From Synechococcus sp. (GTDB lineage: Bacteria; Cyanobacteriota; Cyanobacteriia; PCC-6307; Cyanobiaceae), in assembly GCA_047284725.1 (NCBI GenBank), contig JBJBEO010000001.1:1912203-1976202 (forward strand): 64,000 nucleotides of DNA, read 5' to 3'. The stretch's first letter is position 1; every line of letters begins with the position of its first letter. The notes below the pieces were generated by a model. The model was given only the letters and a program-made list of their open reading frames with translations, did not search any database and was not told the origin of the DNA. A program made the translations under genes and the position numbers. Shown here in pieces: positions 41,464 to 52,608 of this stretch.

Positions 41464-42981
41464 ATGGCAGTGACGCCTCTTCTCCTGGCCCTCGATCAGG
41501 GCACCAGCAGTTCAAGGGCCGTGGTGTTTGACCCCCGCGGCAAGCTGATCGCCAGCGCCTCGGCACCTTTAGAGATTCTCTACCCAGCCGATGGTTGGGT
41601 AGAGCAGGACCCCATGGCGATCTGGAGGAGCCAATGCCAGGCGATGGCCTCCCTCGAAACCAAGCTCACGGCGGAGCAGCGTCAGGCCGTGGCCTGCTGT
41701 GGCATCACCAACCAGCGTGAAACAACCGTGCTGTGGCAACGCAGCGATGGCACTCCCTGTGGACCCGCCCTGGTTTGGCAAGATGGACGCACAGCCGATC
41801 TTTGCGATCACTGGAAAAACCAGGGCCTGGAAGCCGACTGGCGACAACGCACCGGCCTGCTGCTCGACCCCTACTTCAGCGCCAGCAAAATCCATTGGTT
41901 GCTCCAGCACGAAGACGCCGCCCGAGCAGCGGCAGACCGCCACGATCTCTGTTTCGGCACAGTGGAAAGCTGGTTGCTCTGGCAGCTCAGTGGCGGGAAG
42001 CAGCACAGCTCCGACATGAGCAATGCCAGCCGCACCTTGCTGATGGACCTGGAGCTCCGGCAATGGGTCGACGATTTCTGCCAGGAGGTGGGGCTGCCCG
42101 CGTCTGCCCTGCCGGAGCTGATGCCGTGTCGAGGCGACTTTGGAGTAATTCATGCGGGGCTGCCCTTTGCGGGGGTGCCGATCCGAGCCCTGCTGGGTGA
42201 CCAACAGGCCGCCACCCTGGGTCAGCTCTGCCTGGATCCCGGTGACGCCAAATGCACCTATGGAACTGGTGCCTTCCTCGTCGTGAACACCGGTTCAGAG
42301 ATGCGCCGCTCCGATTCCGGTCTGCTCACCACGTTGGGCTGGACTGACGCCGACGGCGCCCCCACCTACTGCCTCGAAGGCAGTTTGTTCAACGCCGGCA
42401 CCGTGGTGCAGTGGCTGCGTGACGGCCTGGGACTGATCGACAGTGCAGCCGAGATCAACGACTTGGCCACGAGCGTGGAGTCGTCCGCAGGCGTGATGCT
42501 GGTGCCAGCCTTCACTGGGTGGGGGACACCCCACTGGGATCCGAGTGCGCGCGGATTGATCATCGGCCTCACCCGTGACAGCGGTCGCGGCCAGATCGCC
42601 CGGGCCGCCCTGGACGGCATCGCCCTTTCGGTCGCCAACCTGGTGCAGCTGGCGGAGGCAGCACTGGGGCATGGCCTGGGGGAGCTGGCGGCCGATGGCG
42701 GTGCGGCCGCGTCGGATCCCCTGCTGCAAGCCCAAGCCGACAGCACAGGCCTGCCGGTCAGGCGCCCCGCCAGCCTGGAAAGCACCGCCAGAGGGGTGGC
42801 CTTGCTGGCCGGCGTTGAAGCTGGGCTGATCGGTGATCTACTGGACCTGATCCCAACCCGGCTGGATGGGGCCCAGCGATTCACACCCAAGCTGGACGCG
42901 GAGCAACGGCACCGCTGGTGCCAGCGCTGGGATGACGCCGTCCTTCGCAGCCTGCACTGGAGCGAGAGAGGCCAGGCATGA
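41464..42981 (+). CDS. glpK: Glycerol kinase
   Basis: Motifs ALDQGTSSSRA, GITNQRETT, GDQQAA and KCTYGTG. Confidence 0.95.
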   Translation: MAVTPLLLALDQGTSSSRAVVFDPRGKLIASASAPLEILYPADGWVEQDPMAIWRSQCQAMASLETKLTAEQRQAVACCGITNQRETTVLWQRSDGTPCGPALVWQDGRTADLCDHWKNQGLEADWRQRTGLLLDPYFSASKIHWLLQHEDAARAAADRHDLCFGTVESWLLWQLSGGKQHSSDMSNASRTLLMDLELRQWVDDFCQEVGLPASALPELMPCRGDFGVIHAGLPFAGVPIRALLGDQQAATLGQLCLDPGDAKCTYGTGAFLVVNTGSEMRRSDSGLLTTLGWTDADGAPTYCLEGSLFNAGTVVQWLRDGLGLIDSAAEINDLATSVESSAGVMLVPAFTGWGTPHWDPSARGLIIGLTRDSGRGQIARAALDGIALSVANLVQLAEAALGHGLGELAADGGAAASDPLLQAQADSTGLPVRRPASLESTARGVALLAGVEAGLIGDLLDLIPTRLDGAQRFTPKLDAEQRHRWCQRWDDAVLRSLHWSERGQA

Positions 42982-44546
42982 ACCAGACCTTCGACCTTCT
43001 GGTGATCGGTGGCGGTGCCAGTGGCGTCAGCGTGACCTATGAGGCGGTGCGTCGTGGCCTCAAGGTGGCGCTGCTGGAAGCCACCGACCTGGGCGCCGCC
43101 ACCAGCTGCCGCAGTACCAAGTTGCTGCATGGCGGCGTGCGGTATTTGGAGCTGGCATTCAAAACCGCTGATCCCGCCCAGCTGCGCCTGGTGCGTGAAG
43201 CGTTGATGGAGAGGGGCCATTGGCTGCAGCAGGCGCCTTTTCTGGCGCATCGCCTGGAATTGGCTTTACCCACCACCAACCTTTTAAGCCAGACTTACTA
43301 CCGCATCGGTCTCGGGCTCTACGACGCCCTTGCCGGGCGCAAAGGAATTGGTTCCAGCCGTTGGCTGTCACAACAGCAACTGTGTGATGCACTGCCACAA
43401 CTGAAGCCAGGTCTCAATGGGGGCGTGGCCTACAGCGATGGGCAGTTCGATGACGCCCGCCTCAATCTGCTCCTGGCCCTCACCGCCGAACACGCCGGAG
43501 CACAGATCCAGACTGCCTGCCGCGTGACCCAACTCGAGCTTGATGCACAAGGGCGGATCTGTGGAGCCATCAGCCTCAGAGCCGATGGCCGCGAAGACCG
43601 TTGGCAGGCCCGGGTGGTGGTGAACGCCACCGGGATTCAGGCCGATGCCCTGCGACATCTGGCGGACCCCTCGCTACCGGAGCGGATGCTCACGAGCCGA
43701 GGGACCCATCTGGTGCTCAAAGCCAATCTCTGCCCGCAGGGAATGGGCTTGTTGCTCCCCGCGACCGATGACGGAAGGGTGCTGTTCATGCTGCCGTTCT
43801 ACGGACGCACGCTTGTGGGGACCACCGACACGGCCTGCCCCCTGGCTGCAGCCGCTACCCCCTCCCCCGAGGAAGAGAACTACCTGATCGATTACGTGCG
43901 GCGCTGGTTCCCCCAGCTCAACGACCAGAGCATCAGCAGCAGCTGGGCCGGAGGGCGCCCCCTGCTCAGGCCTGCCGGTGCAGAGCTCAGCAGCAGCCGA
44001 GTGGTGAGAGAGCACGAGGTGGAAACCCTGCCCTGCGGTCTGGTGAGCGTGATGGGCGGGAAATGGACCACTTGCCGGCCGATGGCCCTCGACACCCTGG
44101 AGGCGGTGGAGGCTCAGCTCGACCGCCCCCTTCCACCCCCAAAGCCCTTGCCTTTGCTCGGGGCCGCGGCCGACCCTGCACAGACACCCACCCGGCTGGC
44201 TCACCAACGCACCGACCTCGAGGCTCTGTTACCCGACACCCCTTGGCGCACTGCGCAGAGGAACCACCTGGAGAGCAGCTTTGGCCTCAGGGCAGCAGCG
44301 GTGGTGAACCAGTGGGCTCCTGCCGATCGACAACCCCTTAGCGACGTGATCCCTTTGTGCCGCGGCGAGCTTGCCCACGCCATTCACGCCGAACATGCCC
44401 GCAGCGTCACAGCGGTGTTAGCGCGCCGCTCCCGCCTAGCCATGGTCGATCTGAAGGCCGCTGAAGAGCTGGTTCCGGTGGTGAATGAACTGCTTGACCA
44501 ACACCCTGAGGGGAGCGGTGGGCAAAGCCTCAACCTGGCCCAATAA
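42978..44546 (+). CDS. glpD: FAD-dependent glycerol-3-phosphate dehydrogenase
   Basis: Motifs IGGGASG, STKLLHGGVRYLE and GGKWTT; ATGA overlap with glpK. Confidence 0.93.
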   Translation: MNQTFDLLVIGGGASGVSVTYEAVRRGLKVALLEATDLGAATSCRSTKLLHGGVRYLELAFKTADPAQLRLVREALMERGHWLQQAPFLAHRLELALPTTNLLSQTYYRIGLGLYDALAGRKGIGSSRWLSQQQLCDALPQLKPGLNGGVAYSDGQFDDARLNLLLALTAEHAGAQIQTACRVTQLELDAQGRICGAISLRADGREDRWQARVVVNATGIQADALRHLADPSLPERMLTSRGTHLVLKANLCPQGMGLLLPATDDGRVLFMLPFYGRTLVGTTDTACPLAAAATPSPEEENYLIDYVRRWFPQLNDQSISSSWAGGRPLLRPAGAELSSSRVVREHEVETLPCGLVSVMGGKWTTCRPMALDTLEAVEAQLDRPLPPPKPLPLLGAAADPAQTPTRLAHQRTDLEALLPDTPWRTAQRNHLESSFGLRAAAVVNQWAPADRQPLSDVIPLCRGELAHAIHAEHARSVTAVLARRSRLAMVDLKAAEELVPVVNELLDQHPEGSGGQSLNLAQ

Positions 44547-46209
44547 CAGGGCGCTCTTCCTGGAAAGCCTCCTCATCCACTTCACCGATCAGCCACCAGC
44601 TGAAGCCATGGGCTGGCAGGTAGACAAACCAATCACGATCCGCCTCGGGGAATTCACTCCCCCAGAGCACTTCACGGGTCCGCTGCCCCTGCCATCGGCT
44701 GAGATCAAGACGTAGGGAAGCCCCCGCAGCCGAGAGATTCGCTGCCACCAACACCGTCATCGACTCACTGGTACGCACGTAGACGATCACAGCCGGGTGG
44801 CTGCAGGGCAGCAACGCAAAGTCGCCATAGCGGAGGGCCGGCAGCAGACGACGGCAGGTGAGCATGCGCCGATGCCAGTTGAGCAAGGAGCCCTGCAGTT
44901 GCTTCTGCACCTCCACGTTGACGACCCGGTAGTCGTACCCAGGAGCGGTGATGGCAGGCAGCACGAGCAAAGGATCCGGGGCTGTGGAGAAGCCACCGTT
45001 GCGCGCCGGCGTCCAGGCCATTGGGGTGCGGTTGGGGTCCCGATCGCGCAAGCCCGGCCAATCGCCCATCCCCAGCTCATCGCCGTAATAGAGACAAGGC
45101 ATACCGGGCAGGCTGTAGATCAGGGCATGGAGCACCCGATTGGAGCCGGGGTCGCCATTCAGCAACGGGGCCAGGCGTCGATTAATCCCCCAATTGAGCC
45201 AATGTCCCTGACCTTGATGCAAACCCGTGCGAATCGTCTGCACCACCTCATCGCTCACAAGATGGCCGTCCCCCAGCCAGAGTTCGTCGTGGTTGCGCAA
45301 TGGCAACGCCCAACGACAGCCATGCACCGCCGCCTGCGCCTCGCCCAGACACAACCGCAACGCCTCCGTACGACCACTGGCAATGGCAGAGAACAGATGA
45401 GCTGTCAGAGCGAAATTGAAGGCGCCATGCAGTTCATCGTCATCGAGATAAGGGGCAGCCTCGTCCACAGGCTGAATGGCCTCAGCGAGCAACAGGACGT
45501 CGCGATCGTGAGACTCCACCCGCGCCCGCAGCCGCTTCAGGAAGGCATGGGTGGCCGGTAGCCCCTCACAACGGGAGTTCTCCTCTTCAAAGAGGAAGGG
45601 AATGGCATCGAGCCGAAACCCATCCACCCCGCGGTCGATCCAGAAATCAACCACCTCCAGCATGGCCTCCTGTACCAGAGGGTTCTCGTAATTCAGATCA
45701 GGCTGATGCCTGAGAAAACGATGCAGGTAGTACTGCTGAGCGACCTCATCCCATTCCCAGTTGGACGATTCGAAATGGCGGAATAACACCGGCGCCTCGG
45801 CGTAGCGATCGGGGTCATCACTCCAGACATAGACATCCCGTTCAGGACTGTGCTTCGGAGCCCAGCGGGCCCGCTGGAACCAGGGATGCAATGTGCTGGT
45901 GTGATTGAGCACCAGGTCAAGCACCACCTTGAGGCCATGGTTGTGGGCTGTCGTGAGAAAACGATGGAAGGCAGAGAGGTCGCCAAGATCGGGATGGATC
46001 GCTTTGAAATCGGTGATGTCATATCCCCCGTCCTGCAGCGGTGAGGGATAGATGGGAGTCAACCAAATCGCATCCACGCCAAGCCAACGCAGGTAAGGCA
46101 AGCGGCTGGCCAGACCTTGCAGGTCACCAATGCCATCGCCATTGCCATCGGCATAACTGCGCATGATCAGTTCGTAGATCACAGCGCCGTTCCACCAGGC
46201 CTGCTGCAT
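44530..46209 (-). CDS. treS: Trehalose synthase-like GH13 enzyme
   Basis: Motifs DGNGDGIGD, GFRLDAIPFL, LLAEA, LRNHDEL and GINRRLAPLL. Confidence 0.85.
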   Translation of the reverse strand: MQQAWWNGAVIYELIMRSYADGNGDGIGDLQGLASRLPYLRWLGVDAIWLTPIYPSPLQDGGYDITDFKAIHPDLGDLSAFHRFLTTAHNHGLKVVLDLVLNHTSTLHPWFQRARWAPKHSPERDVYVWSDDPDRYAEAPVLFRHFESSNWEWDEVAQQYYLHRFLRHQPDLNYENPLVQEAMLEVVDFWIDRGVDGFRLDAIPFLFEEENSRCEGLPATHAFLKRLRARVESHDRDVLLLAEAIQPVDEAAPYLDDDELHGAFNFALTAHLFSAIASGRTEALRLCLGEAQAAVHGCRWALPLRNHDELWLGDGHLVSDEVVQTIRTGLHQGQGHWLNWGINRRLAPLLNGDPGSNRVLHALIYSLPGMPCLYYGDELGMGDWPGLRDRDPNRTPMAWTPARNGGFSTAPDPLLVLPAITAPGYDYRVVNVEVQKQLQGSLLNWHRRMLTCRRLLPALRYGDFALLPCSHPAVIVYVRTSESMTVLVAANLSAAGASLRLDLSRWQGQRTREVLWGSEFPEADRDWFVYLPAHGFSWWLIGEVDEEAFQEERPVIGPG

Positions 46210-46321
46210 GCCGTTCTGCGTGAGCCAATCCCATAGCTAGGCCTGGACGGGAACGACGTCATCCCCCCACGGATCTGAGTTGCCAGGATGAGTTCCCGTT
46301 AGGGACTAGCCCTACGCACCC

Positions 46322-47725
46322 ATGACGTTCGCTCCAACGACCGCGGGTCACAACCTTCCGGATGTAGCGGCCTTACGCGCCCGAGTGGAGCGGGGAGAAA
46401 CGCGGAGCGAACACTGGCGGCGGGATCAGCTGCGCGCCCTACGTCATCTGCTGGAGAGGCACGAAGACGACATTCTCGAGGCCATTCATGCAGACCTCGG
46501 CAAGCCCATCACTGAGTGCATGATGGAAATCCTGGCTCTGCGTCAGGAACTGAACCTCTGCGAGCGACACCTGCGCCGCTGGATGCGCCCCAGGAGCGTG
46601 AGGGTTCCACTGCCCCTGAGGCCAGGGCGCGCAGAGATCATTCCTTCCCCTCTGGGCTGCGTGCTGGTCATCGGTCCCTGGAACTATCCCTTCCTGCTGA
46701 CTCTCCATCCACTCATCAGCGCGCTAGCCGCCGGCAACACCGCCGTCGTTAAACCTTCAGAACACACCGCAGCCACTGCAGCTCTGATCGAAAGACTGCT
46801 GGGGGAAGCCTTTTCGAAAGACGTGGTGCAAGTGGTGCAAGGGGATGGCGACACCGCTGCGGCCCTGGTGGACCAGGGATACGACCATATTTTTTTCACT
46901 GGCGGCGGCAGCATCGGCCGCAGGGTGTTGGCGAGTGCTGCGCGCCATCTCACGCCGGTCACCCTCGAACTGGGAGGCAAGAGTCCTGCGGTGGTGCTGT
47001 CGGGGGCTGATCTCACCATCACCGCCCGCCGCCTGATCTGGGGCAAAGGCGTGAATGCGGGTCAGACCTGCATCGCTCCGGACCATCTCATCGTGGAAGA
47101 GAGGCTGAAGGAACCGCTGCTGGCAGCCCTGGCCGATGCCCGGTCGGACCTCTACGGCAGCACCCCTCTGGAGTCGAAAGATCTCGGCACAATCATCAAC
47201 AGTCGTCAGTTCCAACGACTCGAGGAACTGCTCACGACGGCCCGGGCCAAGGGGCAGGTCCTGATCGGAGGCGAAAGCGACGCAGCCAACCGACGGATTG
47301 CCCCCACCGTTCTTTCGGTGACGAACGCCATCGACGACCCGCTGATGGGCGATGAGCTGTTCGGTCCGCTCCTGCCCTTGATCAGCGTGCGCAATCTCAA
47401 TGCAGCCATCCAGCAGATCCGCAGTCAGCCCAAACCCCTAGCCCTCTATCTGTTCGGCGGTGACGCACAACAGCAACAACAGCTGCTGGAGGAGACCAGT
47501 TCAGGAGGAGTGTGCTTCAACGACGTGATGATGCACCATGCCATCCCCGATCTGCCCTTCGGGGGCGTGGGGGCGAGCGGCATGGGGAACTATCACGGAG
47601 AAGCCGGTTTCCGCACCTTTTCGTATGAACGCTCCGTCCTGCGCCGTCCGTTTGCCTTGGATCTGCGTCTGCGCTACCCCCCTTATCGCGTGAACCGCGC
47701 ATTGATGCGACGCCTGCTTGGCTGA
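46322..47725 (+). CDS. Aldehyde dehydrogenase (ALDH3-like)
   Basis: Motifs PWNYP, TLELGGKSP, GQTCIAPD and ELFGP. Confidence 0.93.
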   Translation: MTFAPTTAGHNLPDVAALRARVERGETRSEHWRRDQLRALRHLLERHEDDILEAIHADLGKPITECMMEILALRQELNLCERHLRRWMRPRSVRVPLPLRPGRAEIIPSPLGCVLVIGPWNYPFLLTLHPLISALAAGNTAVVKPSEHTAATAALIERLLGEAFSKDVVQVVQGDGDTAAALVDQGYDHIFFTGGGSIGRRVLASAARHLTPVTLELGGKSPAVVLSGADLTITARRLIWGKGVNAGQTCIAPDHLIVEERLKEPLLAALADARSDLYGSTPLESKDLGTIINSRQFQRLEELLTTARAKGQVLIGGESDAANRRIAPTVLSVTNAIDDPLMGDELFGPLLPLISVRNLNAAIQQIRSQPKPLALYLFGGDAQQQQQLLEETSSGGVCFNDVMMHHAIPDLPFGGVGASGMGNYHGEAGFRTFSYERSVLRRPFALDLRLRYPPYRVNRALMRRLLG

Positions 47726-47781
47726 ACAGGACTGGCGCCTGTGCGGAATCACCTTATGGTTCGCCCAGAGGAAAACCAACG

Positions 47782-48801
47782 ATGCGCCGAGCCCTGTTTG
47801 CTGCCCTGGCCATGACGGTCCTGATGCCGCTTCAGGCCGTTAGCGCAACGGTGACCGTCCGAGCGGGCGACACCCTGTCGGAGATCGCCGATCGCCACGG
47901 CATCTCTGTTGGTACGTTGATGCGGCTCAACGGATTGAGGGATTCCAACCATGTGGAGATTGGCCAGCAGCTGCGGCTGCCAGGCCCGGCAGTCACCGCG
48001 GGGAGAGGACTCCACACCGTGGTGAGCGGCGACAGCCTGAGCACGATTGCCAGTCGCTATCGCGTCAGCCAGCAAGCACTGATCAGTCTCAACAACCTCG
48101 GGAATGCTGACCATGTGGAAGTCGGCCAGCGACTGCGCTTGCCCAACAACGCCGTGCTGCCACAACCCCGAGCAGCCACACCCAAACCCAAGCCTGTGCC
48201 TGTGAAGGCCGACCCCAACGCCACCAGCCACACTGTGGCCCGGGGCCAGACCCTGACCCAGATCGCCAAGGCCTACAACATGTCGGTGCGTTCCTTGGTC
48301 GACATCAACGACATTGGCAATCCAAATGCCGTTGATGTGGGCACAAAACTGCTCCTGCGCCAAACCCCCCAGACCAGCAACGCACCCCTCCAGACTCAGT
48401 CGGTCCAGGAAACCGGACCCACGATCAAGCCCACAGCCAGCGACGAGACCTCCACACCTTTGCTCAGCAGCACAGGATCCGGGGCTGAGGAGCCTGAATC
48501 CACCGTGATGGCATCCAGCACCACTGCAAAAGCCTCCGCCAACCCAGCGGCATCAGCGGCGCCTCAAGAGGTCGACTGGCGAAGCTATGGCCCATTAAAA
48601 GTTGATTGGGGTAACTGGCAAACCATGGCTGGCAGCGAAGTGGTCCCCACCCTCAACGGTCAAGGTCAGCCCCTCTATGTCGCCGTGAATTGCGATGCCC
48701 AGAAAATCAATGTGACCGGGGCCAACGGAGCCTGGAAATCCTGGACTTCACCGCAGAAAGACTATGAGCAGGATCTTGTGAAAGATCGCTGCAGCACGTG
48801 A
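47782..48801 (+). CDS. Secreted protein with three LysM domains
   Basis: Signal peptide followed by three V-x-x-G-D/Q-T/S-L LysM repeats. Confidence 0.92.
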   Translation: MRRALFAALAMTVLMPLQAVSATVTVRAGDTLSEIADRHGISVGTLMRLNGLRDSNHVEIGQQLRLPGPAVTAGRGLHTVVSGDSLSTIASRYRVSQQALISLNNLGNADHVEVGQRLRLPNNAVLPQPRAATPKPKPVPVKADPNATSHTVARGQTLTQIAKAYNMSVRSLVDINDIGNPNAVDVGTKLLLRQTPQTSNAPLQTQSVQETGPTIKPTASDETSTPLLSSTGSGAEEPESTVMASSTTAKASANPAASAAPQEVDWRSYGPLKVDWGNWQTMAGSEVVPTLNGQGQPLYVAVNCDAQKINVTGANGAWKSWTSPQKDYEQDLVKDRCST

Positions 48802-48816
48802 AGCCTGCTGCAGCGA

Positions 48817-50301
48817 TCAAGCGGCGTAATGCAAGGGCCAAGGTTGTTTCAGGAAGCGGCGACCGCTGTCTCTGAGGAACAACCGTTGAGCCCCATCGTT
48901 GCTTTCAGTGATCAACTCTTCCTGCACCAGCCGGCGGGTTAACCAGCCCCAACGAAGGGGCTCGACCTCGGCAAGGGTTTCGCTGAGGCTGCGAATATCG
49001 GCACCATGAGCGTCTTCGAGAGCCTGCAGCAACGTGAGCGCAGCCTCCGACCAATCGTCCCGTTGAAGCCGCCCTTGACAGCGATCGCATCGACCACAGG
49101 GTGGCGCCAGTTCTCCCACCGCCAGCAGAAGCGCCTGCTGACGACACATCTCCCCCTCTGCCACTGCTTCCATACGCCGCAACTGTTGCTGCGCCAGCTC
49201 AACCCGACTTCGTTCTTCTTGCTCCATCTCAGCGGATAAAGGCCGCCGCAACGACGCCTGCATCGCCCAAGCCAGGCTGGTGCGATCACCGGGAGAAAAC
49301 AGCACGAGGCACTGGGCAGGCTCACCATCACGACCAGCACGGCCTGACTCCTGGAGGTAGCCCTCCGGCGTGGAAGGGAGATCGAGGTGCAGCACCAACC
49401 CGACATCACCGCGATCCACGCCCATGCCAAAGGCCACTGTGGCCACCAGAACGGGTCGTTCCGCCTCAAGGAAATGGCACAACGCCTGATGGCGCAGTTG
49501 AGGATCCAACCCTGCGTGATAAGGGATCGCCTCCGCACCATTGGCGCTGAGACGCTCTGACCACCGCTCCACCGAGCGCCGGGTACGTGCATAGATCAAC
49601 GAAGCACCGCGCCCTTGATCAAGAGCCTTCAGCACCTGCGCCAGAGGATCCTTGGGGCGCCTGCGCATCACGTAATGGAGATTGTCACGCTGAGCAGAAC
49701 ACACCTGCACCAATGGGCGCTGCAGTTCAAGAAGACGAAGGATGTCAGCTCGCACCCTGGGCGCTGCAGTGGCACTGAGCGCGACCACCGGCACGCCTGG
49801 GCAGAGAGCCCTCACCTCCCCAAGTCGGCGGTAATCAGGGCGAAAGTCGTGGCCCCATGCACTGATGCAGTGAGCTTCATCCACGGCCAAAGCCACCAAA
49901 CGTCCCTGGGCATGGGTGGCAGCAATCAAGTCACGAATCTGCGCCGTCTGCAATCGCTCTGGCGCCAGATACAACAGATTCAGCGCCCCTTCCGCCAGGG
50001 ACCGACACACCTGCTGACGCACCTCCGGAGCAAGACCGGCATGGAGACAGGCCGAGGGGATCTTGCGCTGGCGCAACTGGCGAACCTGATCCTCCATCAA
50101 GGCCACCAAGGGAGAAATCACGAGCACTAATCCTTCTTTCACCAAGGCTGGAAGCTGATAGCAGAGTGATTTCCCCCCGCCAGTGGGTAGAACCGCCAAG
50201 GCGTCGCGACCGCTCAACAACGCCTCAATGACAGGACGCTGACCCGGACGGAAGCCGTCCCAGCCGTAATGGCGCGCGAGGGTCGCCAGCAGGGGATCCA
50301 A
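48817..50301 (-). CDS. recQ: ATP-dependent DNA helicase RecQ (short form)
   Basis: Motifs [26 protein letters not shown] and [10 protein letters not shown]; Zn-binding CxxC. Confidence 0.93.
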   Translation of the reverse strand: MDPLLATLARHYGWDGFRPGQRPVIEALLSGRDALAVLPTGGGKSLCYQLPALVKEGLVLVISPLVALMEDQVRQLRQRKIPSACLHAGLAPEVRQQVCRSLAEGALNLLYLAPERLQTAQIRDLIAATHAQGRLVALAVDEAHCISAWGHDFRPDYRRLGEVRALCPGVPVVALSATAAPRVRADILRLLELQRPLVQVCSAQRDNLHYVMRRRPKDPLAQVLKALDQGRGASLIYARTRRSVERWSERLSANGAEAIPYHAGLDPQLRHQALCHFLEAERPVLVATVAFGMGVDRGDVGLVLHLDLPSTPEGYLQESGRAGRDGEPAQCLVLFSPGDRTSLAWAMQASLRRPLSAEMEQEERSRVELAQQQLRRMEAVAEGEMCRQQALLLAVGELAPPCGRCDRCQGRLQRDDWSEAALTLLQALEDAHGADIRSLSETLAEVEPLRWGWLTRRLVQEELITESNDGAQRLFLRDSGRRFLKQPWPLHYAA

Positions 50302-50367
50302 ACCACACCAGAACTAGGTAAAAGCAGCTTAACCACACCAGATCTAGTGCTTTACCGTGATGCAATC

Positions 50368-51453
50368 TCAGGGTGCGAGCGGTGACTCGAGCTGATCCGG
50401 GGCTTCCTCCACAAGCTGAAGACGAACCCGCTTTCCACCCGCCAACTCACCCAACGAAACCCGCATCGTTGCCCCGCTCAGCGTTTGAAGGGCATTCAAC
50501 ACGTCACGCAAGTACGGCGTGCTGCTGCCGCTTTCAACCCAGAGACGCTCCTGAAGTCCTCCCAGTCTCCGCCACGAGGTGTGCAGCTTCAGCACGGCGG
50601 ATTCGAGCGCCTGGGCCTGGCCGACCGCATCAGCAAGAAGCCCAAGGGCATCAAGGCGCTGGGCTTCCTGCATGGCCTTCTCCAGATCCAACTCGCCCTG
50701 CTGGAAGGCCCTCACCGCCACGCTGCTTTCTGTGGCCTTCGTGATCCACCGCGCCGTATTGGTCACATCCTTGATGCGATCGAGCTCCGGTTCATCGCGC
50801 AATACCTTGCGGAGATCCTCCTGCTGCGGTTCCGGCAGCTTGGCCAACTCCTTCACCAGGGGAGCAACAGCCCGCGGAGGCAGAAGATTCTCCTGCGTGC
50901 GCTGGCGAATTTCCTCGGGCAAGAGCGGACTGGTGGCTGCCGTGAATTCATCGGTGAGGCGACGGACCTGCTTCCGCGTGATCTCTTGGCCATCATTCGC
51001 CGCCTCCGAAATCATCAGCTGCACTTCTGGATCCGCCTGAGCGGTCTCCAGAAACGCACGCTTCGAAAACTGATTCACACTCGATTGCTCGAGCATTCCA
51101 CCGCCCACCAGATCTTCTGCGGACTCCGCCAGCTGAATCAGGGCATAGGCACGCGTTTTGCTGATCTCACGCTCTCTGAGCCATTGCAAAAAACCTGCAC
51201 CACGACCTTCTCCGCCACGTTTCTCGCGGTCGCGCACGGCTTTGAGGATACGGCCCCTGAGGATTTCGGTCTGAAGGTCAAAGCGGTCGCACACCGCCCA
51301 GGCTTGCTCCAGCTGCGCCAGAAACTCCATCGTGCTGATGTCGTCGCGCTCTGGATCAGGAAGATCCAGCTGCAACATGGGCGGCTCAGGGCTGAGGCTG
51401 GAACTCACGACAGCTGCACGAACAGGCACGGATGCTGCCATGGCGGACGACAT
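50368..51453 (-). CDS. Hypothetical helical protein
   Basis: Long ORF with host-like codon usage, divergent from psaE. Start uncertain (51480, 51453, 51441 or 51378). Confidence 0.75.
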   Translation of the reverse strand: MSSAMAASVPVRAAVVSSSLSPEPPMLQLDLPDPERDDISTMEFLAQLEQAWAVCDRFDLQTEILRGRILKAVRDREKRGGEGRGAGFLQWLREREISKTRAYALIQLAESAEDLVGGGMLEQSSVNQFSKRAFLETAQADPEVQLMISEAANDGQEITRKQVRRLTDEFTAATSPLLPEEIRQRTQENLLPPRAVAPLVKELAKLPEPQQEDLRKVLRDEPELDRIKDVTNTARWITKATESSVAVRAFQQGELDLEKAMQEAQRLDALGLLADAVGQAQALESAVLKLHTSWRRLGGLQERLWVESGSSTPYLRDVLNALQTLSGATMRVSLGELAGGKRVRLQLVEEAPDQLESPLAP

Positions 51454-51525
51454 TGTGTGACGCTCCACGGTCGAGGCCACCCACCCGGAGATACGCTCAC
51501 ACTGCTTCTTCGATCCTCCGCAGCG

Positions 51526-51735
51526 ATGGCGATCTCCCGCGGTGACATGGTGCGCATCAAGCGCCCTGAGTCCTACTGGTACAACGAAGTGGGCAAAGTC
51601 GCCTCCATTGACACCTCAGGCATCCGCTACCCAGTTGTGGTTCGCTTTGAGAAGGTGAATTACAACGGAATTTCCGGTTCTGAAGGTGGCATCAACACCA
51701 ACAACTTTGCCGAATCTGAACTGGAGAAGGCCTGA
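51526..51735 (+). CDS. psaE: Photosystem I subunit IV
   Basis: [29 protein letters not shown]...VVRFEKVNY...TNNFA. Confidence 0.97.
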   Translation: MAISRGDMVRIKRPESYWYNEVGKVASIDTSGIRYPVVVRFEKVNYNGISGSEGGINTNNFAESELEKA

Positions 51736-51741
51736 GGCTCC

Positions 51742-52608
51742 TTGCCCGAACTTCCTGAAGTTGAGACGGTTCGCCGAGGGTTAGTCAACCGTCTCAACCA
51801 TTTCAGAATCCATGAACTTGAAGTCCTCCGCGAACGCGCCATCGCGAGTCCAGGAGGATCTTATGTCTTTGTCTCTGCTCTGAAGGGCGCCTGGGTTGGC
51901 GACTGGCACCGTCGAGGCAAGTACCTCTATGCAGAGCTCAATGAGCAAAAAGCAGGCCCCTCGTCTGCCACCAGAGGTCTTTGGGGTGTTCACCTCAGAA
52001 TGACCGGCCAGTTTCTATGGGTTGACCATGAGGGAGATCAGACCCCTTGTCGTCACACCCGTGTCCGCATCTGGGATCAGCAAGGGAATGAACTGCGCTT
52101 CATCGATATGCGCAGCTTTGGGCAAATGTGGTGGGTACCGCCAGTACAAGCCCCTGAAACAGTCATCACTGGCCTCAAAAAACTTGGACCAGAACCTTTC
52201 AGTGAGAGCTTTAACGCCAGATACTTGCAACAAAAATTGAAGGGAAGCAGCCGTTCCATCAAGGCTGCATTGCTTGACCAAACTCTGGTGGCAGGTACAG
52301 GAAATATCTACGCCGATGAAAGCCTGTTTGAAGCAGGCATTGCTCCGCACACACCGGCTGGGCGCCTGAAGCGAGAGCAATTGCAGGGCCTCCATGATGC
52401 ATTGGTCTCTGTACTGGAGCGAAGTATTGGAGCCGGCGGAACCACATTCAGCGACTTCCGTGATCTAGAGGGCGTCAATGGAAACTACGGAGGCCAGGCA
52501 TCTGTTTATCGTCGAACGGATCAACCGTGCCTCATCTGCGGAACGCCGATTCAACGAGACAAGCTGGTTGGTAGGAGCACCCATTGGTGCCCGAAGTGTC
52601 AGCACTGA
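51742..52608 (+). CDS. mutM: Formamidopyrimidine-DNA glycosylase
   Basis: N-terminal PELPEVE, HLRMTG, GNIYADE and a C-terminal Zn finger; TTG start. Confidence 0.96.
   Translation: MPELPEVETVRRGLVNRLNHFRIHELEVLRERAIASPGGSYVFVSALKGAWVGDWHRRGKYLYAELNEQKAGPSSATRGLWGVHLRMTGQFLWVDHEGDQTPCRHTRVRIWDQQGNELRFIDMRSFGQMWWVPPVQAPETVITGLKKLGPEPFSESFNARYLQQKLKGSSRSIKAALLDQTLVAGTGNIYADESLFEAGIAPHTPAGRLKREQLQGLHDALVSVLERSIGAGGTTFSDFRDLEGVNGNYGGQASVYRRTDQPCLICGTPIQRDKLVGRSTHWCPKCQH

Noticed and set aside
1742..49592. Many long antisense or alternate-frame ORFs (e.g. 1742..2701, 4728..5558, 25574..26401, 40370..41167, 42366..43250)
   Set aside because: These are typical stop-poor shadows of real genes in GC-rich DNA, with no motifs of their own.
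50485..51525. Apparent 416-aa fusion ending in PsaE
   Set aside because: The upstream part is the antisense shadow of the 50368-51453 gene; PsaE has its own ATG at 51526.
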